Source of the DNA: Vicugna vicugna
Taxonomy: Eukaryota
Direction: 5' to 3'
DNA length: 31,704 nucleotides
Assembly (NCBI GenBank): GCA_013265495.1
Contig: MU058384.1
Span: forward strand, 2,543,690-2,575,393
A model generated the notes under the pieces. The model saw nothing but the letters and a program-made list of their open reading frames with translations. It did not search any database and was not told the origin of the DNA. Below are positions 22,379-31,704 of the stretch, one piece after another (position 1 is the first letter of the stretch; the number at the start of each line of letters is the position of its first letter). Position numbers and translations under genes: made by a program.

Positions 22379-25300
22379 CCTCCCCCTGCTGTTTGTAAAC
22401 TCTTGCCATTGTTATCAGCTCCAAACGGAGGTCTTTATTTTGTCTATTTTGATGGGACTGACACAAATGGATTTTTCTTTCTGAGAAAGAAAACTCTTCT
22501 ATATAAGCAATATTGTGATGTATCTGAGGAAGTCAATTCCTGCATAATAGGAATACAATCTATTATGTAATTGCATTACCTTCTTACAGTTAAGGCTATT
22601 AGACTCTCTCAACTGACTCTTTAAGCCCTTTCCTTAAAACAACAAAAAGCCTAGTGATTGTTGTACCAAGAAGTCTCAGTTTAAAGGTCCTTTGGAATTA
22701 TGTTAACATTTTGTCAGGTTTGATTTAATCTGATTTAATCTGTTGTGTATGCCAGCATCTGCCTTGGTCAGTCACTAAATAGCCTAAAAATGGTAAAACG
22801 TGCTCTAGTTTCGTACTGATGGAGAAGGCAGGAAAATAATCATAAGGGGAGAGATCCAATGAGTCATTTATTAGTCCTCCATCAAATCTAAGCCCTCCCT
22901 TGGCAAGGAGAAATCTGTTGCAGGATATGGTGTACTTGGCTGGGCTGTTCAGTCAGGAATTCTTTTGCACACTGAGTTTTCCAGGTTTGTTTGTTTTTTG
23001 TAATCAGAGGACATTTTGGTAAAGATGAACACTTTACCAAAATATTAGAAAAAGAATACATCTCAACCTTAGGGTACTATACTTTTTGCAGTAAATACAG
23101 GCAACTAAAGAAATGCGCAAAATTTTATTCTGCTTATATCTGCTAATATACTGTAAACATATTACCATATGTTTGCAATTTTACTATTGTAACTTCAAAG
23201 GCTGCCTTGACCTTGGTCCTTCAGAAACGGTTGGGGAGGGAGTAAGAGATGGGGAAAGGCAGAAATGGACACACCAGGGACAGTGAGGGACTGATGGCCA
23301 GGGACCACTCATCTACTCAGGGTTTTAAGTTATCTCCCTTTCTTCTCCACCCCTGGGAAGAGTCACTGTGACCTGAAGTACTATTGCTTGGAGATTATTT
23401 GCATCACTCCTGCAAATGCCTCTGGGAAGTATTCTGTGACTTAGCTAATTTTCCGGTTGAACTCTGTCGTGTAAGGGGTGCATAGAGTACGCTGGGAATG
23501 GAGGTGGGCTGAAGTCCAGTGTGGGCCTGGGCATGGTATACAGAGAAGATGATGGGCAGGGACCAAAACCCACTTACAAAACTTTAGGTAAAGGGCGATG
23601 TACATTCTCTCATCTTTCATTCTTGGGACCCATAATTGGGCTGGTACTAAAGCAGTGTTTGGATGCAGTAATTGTCATAATCTAGCCATGGATCCCATAA
23701 TATCTCTGGGAAAATGAATTCTGAACTGTTTAGAAAAACAGTTTAACAACTTCCAGGACGTGACATTCATAAATGGAGTCTGGCTTCCTTTCAACTTTTT
23801 ATACTCTATGAAAAGTTGCTAGACGTAAGCATTTTGTAATTACTGTGATTTGATAATACTCTGCTTTGCTGAAGCTTCCGGGACTCCAGTACATTGTAGA
23901 ATACTCACAGGCTCACAAAAAAGGGAACCTAAGATAAGCTACAAAAAGAAACAAAACCACCACAGTGTATTGCTTTTGTTAAACAAAAAAGTTCCCAACT
24001 TTCAATTCTACTTACAAAATATAAAAAATCAAAAGTACAGAACACAACTCATTGCTATTCCAACAATTCATTGCTTGTTAAGATCGAATAGTTAAAATCC
24101 ATTTCTAAACTTGAATTATTGTCTAATGAATCAGCCTGATGACAAAGAGTGTTTTGTGGAACTGGAAAAATATCTTCTGAATTCTCTGGTGATGTCTAGA
24201 TAGCATACTGAAGAATAAGGTTCTTTTAGATTGCCTAAATAAATCAAGGAACCTTGTCTTCCTCTTAACTATTCTCACGGAAGACAAAGTTTACAAATAC
24301 CAGCACTGAATAAAGCTGTTGGTTTTAAATCCTTACTTCCACACTAAAGAATTGATGTTTTATTTCTTAAAGGATAACATATTCAATTATGAATAATTTT
24401 TAGGACCTGGGAAAATTACAATGTATGTCTTAGTAACTAACTCTCTAGAATGTGTATGAGTGGGCTTGAAGAGTTTTAATCATTATTATAATTTAAGAAA
24501 CATTAAATATGCTGTAAATGGTAAGATAAAGGTTCCAAATTAACTTTCTAGTAAAAATTAGGAAAAGAAAAAATCCACTTAAAATACTGGCCTGAATAAA
24601 AAGACCTCCAACATAGGGTAAGTCTACTTGCCACTGAAAAACTTATTTCCTAAATTTCATCCTGGGTCCTCTTCTCCTGTAGGTTTATTTTCTTCTGAGA
24701 CTAGAGTGTATATAAATGACACCATAATTTCATATGATTGATGTCTAGTGTTAGGATTTAAAATGATTTCATCATCATCTCCTTTCTCAACCCTTCCAGC
24801 TGTCTCCCTACCCCACTGCCCCCCTTCCCTGAGAAGTCTCCTCACTGGCCGGCAAACTCTTGAGTTCTTTCCTTCAAGGGTGTTGATATAAAACAAATTG
24901 TTTTGTTTTCTTAAAATCCAAATGTTATACCTTATGTTCAGATAATTGAGGAGCAGAGAAATGTCTGTGCAATAAGGAACTAAGGCACCATTTTTTCCTT
25001 CCCTTTTCATTTTTGCCTTGGGAGCAAAAGCAAAGACTAATGGGACAGCCAGGGGGGCCAGTCTTCCATCTTTTGGCACTGTCTGTATCAACCAATACCA
25101 TGGGGTACTATGTGTCAAAGGCTGCCATGCCACAGATTTAATATCCTGCCAGGAAAGAATTTTCTTCTTTTAGAAGTAGGGAATTGAAGGCACAATAGTA
25201 CCTTATATGAGGAAGTTGGTGAATACCAACCAGAAAATCTTGACAACTCAGGAACAATTTTTAAATGTTCTGGAATATTTTACAGAGGAAGTCAGTCATC

Positions 25301-25776
25301 CCTTGCTTGATTATGACACCCAAGAATACATTTTTACAACTGTTTGCTTCCCTGCCAAACTCATAAATCGTCATCACTTAATCGTGTCTGTGTGTACATC
25401 AGCTTGACTTACCAGCAGATACTTCTTTAGCAACTGCATTTTTTAAAATGATCAATGTAGTGTTTTCAAAGGAGTAGTCCTAGAAAGTGACCCATTTGGG
25501 GATAACATTGCAGGCAAAACCCTGGAAAATAAACAAGATTTAGAAATATGTCAAGGAATGTAGACTCTTCTGAAATGATGTGCAAAATTGGAGTATCACT
25601 TGTGTCATCTAGATACAACCTTAGTACCCAGAATGGCCCCAGTGCCGATTAGTTAGGGAGCAACTGGGTGTTCTCTGAGACACGGGGGCCCGTGGTAGGG
25701 AAAATGCTATCAGTTGGATTGGCAGACATACTCTAACCGTCTTAGTGTATTTCCTTGGGAATGGAACGTGAGTCTT

Positions 25777-25968
25777 CTACACAATGATGTCATAGACACG
25801 GCCCACTCTGCCAAGCCATTCTCTCACAGCCTGGCGAACTCTGATGTCAGTCACATGACAGGTCAGCTGGCTGATGCACGGGAACACTGCTGGCTGGAGG
25901 GCTGTGAAGGTCTGGTCTGGAAGGATCTGAATCTGATTGAGAACTGTTAGCACCATGTTGGTCCACGC
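25777..25968 (-). CDS. ARFGEF3: ARFGEF3 terminal exon, coding part (63 aa + TAG)
   Basis: Acceptor CCTTTCTCTTAG|GCG at 25969/25968, phase 0, matching the upstream donor. Translates AWTNMVLTVLNQIQILPDQTFTALQPAVFPCISQLTCHVTDIRVRQAVREWLGRVGRVYDIIV*, with TAG at 25779-25777. This is the BIG3 C-terminus as I recall it. Confidence 0.96.
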   Translation of the reverse strand, partial: AWTNMVLTVLNQIQILPDQTFTALQPAVFPCISQLTCHVTDIRVRQAVREWLGRVGRVYDIIV

Positions 25969-27376
25969 CTAAGAGAAAGGATTTAAGAGAATGAGCAGGT
26001 TTCATTTGAACTCTTGGTGTGTGGCTAAGCCCTGTCAATCTACAAGTGAGTGGGTTTTCTCAGGCTTTTAGGCTTCAATAAATTAGTCTTTACTAATTTA
26101 ATGTACCTATAATAAAATGTCAGTTTAAGTTCATATATATAAAGAACAGTGGAGACTCATCTAACATTAGGAATATCTTATTTCAGCTTTTACAAAATAT
26201 AAAAATCATATTCCTCAGATTTTAAAAAATTCTCTTGCTTTCTCATAATGACATTTCCACAAGTCATATGACACTTTTAATCAGCAGTCTCTAAAATGCC
26301 TAGATGGGAGAAAGTATAGCTCATGCTTAGCATGTATGGAGGCCCTGGGTTCAATTCCAAGTACCTCCATTAAAAAAGTAAAATAAATAAATAAACCTAA
26401 TTACCCCCCCCAATTAAAAAAATGCCTAGAAAACTTGGAGTTTTACGATTTTAAAAGTTAACCTAAATTAAGGTACATCTATTCCAAGACAGGAAAAAGC
26501 AATTAAGATTTGTTACTTGTCAATGTTACCTGTTAAAGAACAACCTTACATCTCAGTTTGAGTGGGAACTTTTGCAAATCTAGTCTAAGATAATTTTTGT
26601 AGATTCTGAATTAGGAAGCTTGGTTCTACGTTCCAGATAATGCCAGAGGGAAAAAGTATCTTGCAAGATTCATACTGATTTCACATTAATGTTCATTTTA
26701 AGAATATTCCCCTCTGTAGGTTCATAGAATCGTGGGGCCCAAGAGCTCCTAACTTTGTTGCCTGCAACAGGAGTCTACAATTCAAGATAATTATTTTTAA
26801 AGGGCTCTCTTGAGTCTAGATCCTTCTACTTCTCTTTTCCCATCTCATCTCTTCTTAAATTGAACGAAACAGTACTGCCATTCTTTACTTCTCAAGCTCA
26901 TTTTGGGATGTACCATAGAACCACAAATATTACATACACTAAGGAATAGGAACACTGAAGAATGAGAATTTTACGTGCTCAAGAATGGCTAAAAAAATAA
27001 TTCATTGGTTTGACCACATTATATGCACTTTGCCTTTTCCCTTCATTACTATAGAACTGCTTCGGTGCTCCCTTCAAATGATAAACTCAGGACTCAATGC
27101 CAACGAAAGTCTATCCATTTCCTAAGCTTTGGCATCGTCTTGTTTACACAGGCAGGCTCCTAATTCTCAATAGTAGCTGTAACAACCCATGACAACGATT
27201 CCTGAAATTTCCCGAGAATAAGATTTCAGTTTGCCACTGATAGGTCTTACAGCTTAGGGTCAGGAGGTGCTCTGACTTTGGAGGCGAAGGGCAGTCCGAG
27301 CGCTCTGTGACGGGGGCATGTCGCTTGCTGGGAACCAGCCTCCCGCCCTCGCATCCTGGGGCCGGCGGGGACCCAC
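25969..27376 (-). other. ARFGEF3: ARFGEF3 last intron (GT-AG, 1408 bp)
   Basis: Starts GTGGGT (27376-27371) and ends CTTAG (AG at 25970-25969) between two in-frame exons. Confidence 0.93.
26305..26418 (+). mobile_element. Second vic-1-like SINE, in the ARFGEF3 last intron, antisense to the gene
   Basis: Same body as the 9946 copy. Perfect 12-bp TSD AAAATGCCTAGA (26293-26304 and 26419-26430). Confidence 0.9.
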
Positions 27377-28460
27377 CTGGATCTGCGCCTCGGCGTCCCT
27401 CACGGAGACACTCCGGGAACTGCCGGTGGAGCCCGAGCGGGGCCTCTTCTCCTGCCGCAGCAGCTCGGGGCCGGCGCTGAAGGAGTGCCGCATCTGCCCC
27501 TGGTCCATCAGGTGCTGCGGCCGCTGGAGCAGCGGGGAGCCTTGGCCCCGGGGCCCCAGCGGCTCTCCCTTCTTCTCCGCCTTGACCTCCTTGGGGAAGG
27601 CGGGCACGTTGTGCTGCTGCTTCCTCCTCTTGTACTCCGTCATCAGCTTGGCGATGGTCTTGTCGGCCGCCATGGTGTAGATCTTGTTGCCCGCGTTCTC
27701 CCACCACTCCTTCCTGCGGCCGGGGTCCTTCTTCTCCACCTTGGGGCTCGGCGGCGGCGGCTGCAGCAGCGTCTCCCCGCCGGCCCCGCGCAGGCCCAGG
27801 GCCTCGCCCGCGGGATCCCGCGTCTGGCTTCGGTCGTCCTCGGAAGGCGTGTCTTTCCCCGAGAAGCCCCCAGTGGACGGGGTGGACGACTCCGACTGGA
27901 AGGAGGGGAGGATGAAGAACGGGTCGCCCTTGAAGACGGGCGCTTCCTCCAGGGTGCTCTCCAGGTCCAGGTGCATCTGGATGTAGTTATTGCACAGCTC
28001 CATGCACAGCTTGTGGAGCCTCTTGACCAGCCACACCCAGTCCGCGTTGCTGACGGGCTGGACGCTGAGCGAGGGCATCCGCGCCCTCCACTGCCTCTTC
28101 TCCTTGCCTCTCGGCGGGCTCACCTGGGCGGTCTCCTCAAAAATGTCCTCATCTTCCGATGAACACTGCTGGGACGAGTCTGTGCTCCTCTCATCGTCCT
28201 CAAAAAGGACCTTTTTCACTTGCTCGGCAGTGATGGTTTCCTGATTGCTGAGAACAGCACAGACCAGCGCGTGGAAATAAATGTTGAAACTCATGGCAGA
28301 CTGGCGGTAGAGGTTGGCGGCGCCCCCGATGCCAGACACTTTCTTCAGCAGGCACTTCAGCCCAGGGCTGGTGTCGAACTCCCTGGCCGTCCTGTAGGAG
28401 TCCAGCAGCAGGTCAAATATGACGGCCAAGTTCTGCATGGAGATGTATCGGAGGAAGCCG
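27280..28460. promoter_or_regulatory. Exonic CpG-island-like segment
   Basis: Sharp rise in GC and CpG density (e.g. ggcggcggcgg, gccccgcgcagg, cgcccgcggg) against AT-rich flanks. It extends about 100 bp into the last intron. Confidence 0.7.
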
Positions 28461-28601
28461 GCCAGCTTGGTTTCTGGCCCTTGGCCCTTCTCCTCCCCAG
28501 GAGAGGGGCCTTTGACAAACTCTTCTAACAAGATATCATACAAGTTCTGGAGTAACACTTGATGGGATAGTAAACTGACTACAATTTCCCTGAAAGAAAC
28601 A
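27377..28601 (-). CDS. ARFGEF3: ARFGEF3/BIG3 (KIAA1244) large penultimate coding exon
   Basis: Translation VSFREIVVSLLSHQVLLQNLYDILLEEFVKGPSPGEEK...KEWWENAGNKIYTMAADKT...SVRDAEAQIQ matches the BIG3 C-terminal region as I recall it. Acceptor: CTAAT branch (A at 28628), pyrimidine tract, then TTTGAAG|T at 28602/28601. Donor CAG|GTGGGT at 27377/27376. Length 1225 = 1 nt + 408 codons, open and in frame with ORF 27260..28558. Confidence 0.96.
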
Positions 28602-29141
28602 CTTCAAATGAAAAAGAAAGGCGTTGATTAGCATCCTGCTGCCTTAAATGAATTACTTGAAAACGATTCAGATGTTAGACATTTCATGATGACTAGGAAA
28701 AATTACAACTAAAACTACTTGTATTTTAATGTCTTTCTTCAAAAAGGGCAAACTTCCTAACAAACACTTTTTAAAATCTAGGGGCTATCATTAATGTTAG
28801 GATATTGAGTTAACCATTCTCAACAAGACTTAGGAAACACATAGAGCACTTTTAGAAAACATTTTAAATACAGGCATAATTACACTATATGACATTTTAT
28901 TTTTTGTAGTTATGAGTAATAAATTAAAATTAAAACATACCAAGAAAGCTACTATTTCTATTCAGTTATATTAATTTTAATTGGCCTTTTTCCTACCCTT
29001 TACCATTTTTTTCTTAGACACAAAGCTTTTAGAATCGTATTGAAGTTGGTTTGGAGGGACTAAACCAATTTTCAAAATTAAATGTTAATATTTTAGGTGC
29101 ATATATTAAAAAGTTTTAGTGCTTCTAGCATGTGAGACAGA

Positions 29142-29183
29142 GGAGATCCAAATACTGGATCAAATACTGGAGATCAAATACTG
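29142..29183 (+). repeat. Short tandem repeat x3 (gatcaaatactg core)
   Basis: ggagatccaaatactg gatcaaatactg gagatcaaatactg. Confidence 0.85.
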
Positions 29184-29977
29184 AAAAGTTTTAACTTTAG
29201 AGGTATTATGAGGCTAAGATTTTCAAAGAAAGAAATTGATATCTGCAATCTTCTAAAACAAACCTAAGAGAGAAAGCAGTATTTGCTCAGAACAGGCTAA
29301 TTCCCTTTTGCATCCTTTCCTGCCATTGTGGACTTGGGACTCCTTTATGGGCCTTGGATGTGCATTTAGGGGAGGTGGGAGAGGGTGAATGCTACCTCAG
29401 CATCTGGCCAGACCACCTGGTTGAGAAGCAGGTGCAACCCACCAATGGTGACAATGCTAATCAGAGCACAACCCTGATAAGGCAGCATTAGAAGGGAATA
29501 CTTGGTAATTTGGCCCCTTTTGTTTGATTGGATTCTTGTACTATTTTAAATTCCAGTTTCAACGTTTTAATTCATCAATGTGGTTTTGGGCTTATGGTTT
29601 CCCATTCTTTTCATTGCTCTTAGAATTTTATGACAATAGCTTATGGCCTGATTTTGCAAACTAATTCCTGTAACTGGATCATTATAAAATTATGACAGCT
29701 CATCCACACTATTGATTTCAAAAGTGCAATCGTTAAATATTAAGTTTTTGTTTTATTCTTATATAAACTTGACTTAAAATACTTGTCCTGCTAGTTATAA
29801 AAATAATTTTTAAACTAGAAGAAAAGAAAAATTCTTCCACACATTTTTTGAAGGCTGACCTTGCCCTTTGTGTAGTGGTATCTCAGGGAAAACACAGGAC
29901 TTTCAGCAAAAATAGAGCAAGTACAAGGAACTGTCACTCATACACAGTAACCCCTTCTAACAAATCACTTAGGCAAA

Positions 29978-30162
29978 CTTGTTTTGTGGTAAAATACACA
30001 TACCATTAACTTACAATTTTAACCATTATGCATGTACTTAATACCATTGAATTGAACTTTCAATAATGTGTAACCATCACCACTGTATTTCTAGAACTTT
30101 TTCATCCTCCCAAACAGAAGCTCTGAACCCATTAAATAATAGCTCCCCAATCCCCTCCTCCA
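29978..30162 (-). mobile_element. L1MB-like 3' end fragment
   Basis: ttgtggtaaaatacacata..aaccatcaccact..ttctagaactttttcatc.tcccaaacagaa..cccattaaataa. Confidence 0.8.
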
Positions 30163-31614
30163 ACAGAAGTAACTTTTGATAAGTTACTTAAGGCATTAGG
30201 AGACCTGAATGTGCATTTTTTTTTTTGAAGAAGGGGCTGTAAAAGCCACCAGTTTGCGCTAGTGCTTCACGCCCACAACTACAAGACTCTAAGAAGGGAA
30301 ATCCTGTCACCGATCACTGGTCTGGCCTCCCCACAACGCCACAAATCCCTCAAGGGACAGAGCAGTGCCTTACTCATCTGCTTGTCCCCAGGGCAAAGGT
30401 CTGATAAAACGAACTCAGTTATGTCTCCAGAACAAACCAAAAAAACAAAACCCAGATTAGTTCTGAGTGCAGGTGCCTGGAGGAAATGGTTTCCCTGAGG
30501 AATGGCTCTCCTTCACCCGCACTGCGTTGGCAGCCTGGACCCCTGAAGTAGCAGGCAGAACCAGGGGGTGACTTTGCTCAGACTTCAGAAGCCACAAGCA
30601 GCCTAGCCCAGGAGGATATTTCCTCTTACCTTCCCTGAGAAATGGAAAGCCCTTTACCAGCAAATGCCTAAAGACAGGGCTGATCAAACCCATGTCTGAA
30701 CTGTGGAGGATCTGGTCAACCCCAAGATACTCCTTTGGATGCTTTAAGATATAAAATTGCTAATGTGCATATGAAAAAGGATAGAAAAATCCCCTTTACT
30801 TTAGGATCAAGCCATATTGTGCAGCAGTGCGAAAACAAGGAGGAAGCAGCAGCAATACTGAAGAGATGAAACTTTCAGAAAGGTACTGAAAAAGTAAAAT
30901 AAGTGTTTATGGATCTGCAACTCTTAATTATTATCTGCCCTAACAGGAGACAAGAATGATTTGGAGCAAACAAAAACCAACAGGTAATTTTTCAATTTGT
31001 TGTACCCAAGTGTTTCAACCCTTCTCTCAGCACACCTGTTAAGGAGGAGACCTTGAAGTGGAGAAACTTAACACGTTCCGTTCCTGCTTCTGATGCAGAG
31101 TACATAGGAAAGCGAGCCTCCAGACTGGAAAACTGAGAGTTAATTGCGTAACAAGTGCCTGACTTAAAACATGCTAATGTCAGTATCAGAGATAAACAGA
31201 TTCATGGCTTAAGGTACATCCTAAAGCCTTAATTAAGATTACATGGATCGTTTAAAGCTCGGCCTGTCAATGTCAAGGTGACTTAAAAACAAAACCCAGA
31301 TTTTTCTTTACTAAAAGGTTGGAATCTGGTTTTAGTTTCAGTCTTTTTCTTCTGTGAGTGATTTCAATGTGGACTTCCGAGGACGTATCTGACCAGTAGG
31401 TACACACTTTGCTGACGTCTAACTAATCTTTCACTATCTTCTGTGCTAAGTTAAGAACCACCCCTGTGAGTGAGTCAAATCCAAGAACTCAAAATACTTG
31501 AAGAATTTTAGAGAATGTTTTTAGGTATAGTGGCCTCTACTGAAGAATTTAATATGCTTTGCCTGTTTTACTGAATTTTATTGAGGGTGTAATTGTCTAT
31601 TAAAAGTACTAAGT

Positions 31615-31704
31615 GGAGGGCGAAGCGCCGATCAGGGCGGAGCGCGCAGCTGCAAAGAGCAGCGGAGCTACCGGCGGCGCAGGTAGAGGGAGAGCGGCCC
31701 CCCC
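31615..31704 (+). pseudogene. Probable 5' end (5' UTR) of a processed retrocopy, cut by the window edge
   Basis: Abrupt switch from AT-rich intron to GC/CpG-rich sequence 13 nt after an L1 endonuclease site TT|AAAA (31600-31605). No ATG within the window. Confidence 0.55.

Larger units (their letters stand above)
18310..25776 (-). other. ARFGEF3: Putative long (about 7.5 kb) ARFGEF3 3' UTR
   Basis: Follows the stop codon. AT-rich and nearly free of recognisable repeats (one MER5A, one MIR), unlike 1-14800. Human ARFGEF3 has a multi-kb 3' UTR (recall). The distal end is inferred from poly(A) signals only. Confidence 0.6.
28602..31704 (-). other. ARFGEF3: ARFGEF3 intron upstream of the penultimate exon (3' part, continues past the window)
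   Basis: Ends in branch point, pyrimidine tract and AG at 28603-28602. I recognised no further BIG3 coding sequence up to the window end. Confidence 0.8.

Noticed and set aside
22721..22742. TGATTTAATC x2 direct repeat
   Set aside because: A simple 10-bp duplication with nothing to suggest function.
24657..25133. 158-aa ORF in the 3' UTR on the gene strand
   Set aside because: No recognisable homology or codon bias, and it lies 640 nt downstream of the stop. It would need Ribo-seq or PhyloCSF support.
27144..28528. Overlapping ORFs 27485..28162 (+, 225 aa), 27144..27707 (-, 187 aa), 27318..27680, 27684..27986, 27990..28244, 28220..28528
   Set aside because: Shadow frames of a GC-rich coding exon with few stop codons. 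No recognisable protein.
27260..28558. 432-aa ORF as a stand-alone gene
   Set aside because: It starts at an internal GTG and runs past a splice donor. It is one exon of ARFGEF3.
1..31704. A novel multi-gene or prokaryote-type system (operon, CRISPR array, defence island)
   Set aside because: The DNA is mammalian with spliced exons and LINE/SINE/LTR fossils. There is no repeat-spacer array, and no long ORF is left unexplained.

Overview
Mammalian (eukaryotic) genomic DNA, most likely camelid: it has two tRNA-Ala-like SINEs of the camelid vic-1 type and cetartiodactyl-style L1 3' ends, and I saw no Alu, Bov-tA, BovB or PRE-1. The minus strand carries the 3' end of ARFGEF3 (BIG3/KIAA1244): a 1225-bp penultimate coding exon (28601-27377), a 1408-bp last intron, the terminal coding segment (25968-25777, missed by the ORF track) and a long repeat-poor putative 3' UTR that probably ends near a poly(A)-signal cluster at about 18330-18393. 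Bases 1-14800 are an intergenic pile of transposon fossils: L2, an old L1 with nested L1/MaLR insertions, an ERV1 solo LTR, MIRs, hAT elements and younger L1 pieces. The window ends in what looks like the first 90 bp of an L1-inserted CpG-rich retrocopy. I found no convincing new multi-gene system. The best leads are the retrocopy, a 5'-intact/3'-truncated L1, alternative splice sites, and miRNA-seed and RNA-structure elements in the 3' UTR. Repeat family names and human-protein comparisons are from memory, not from searches, and most repeat boundaries are approximate.
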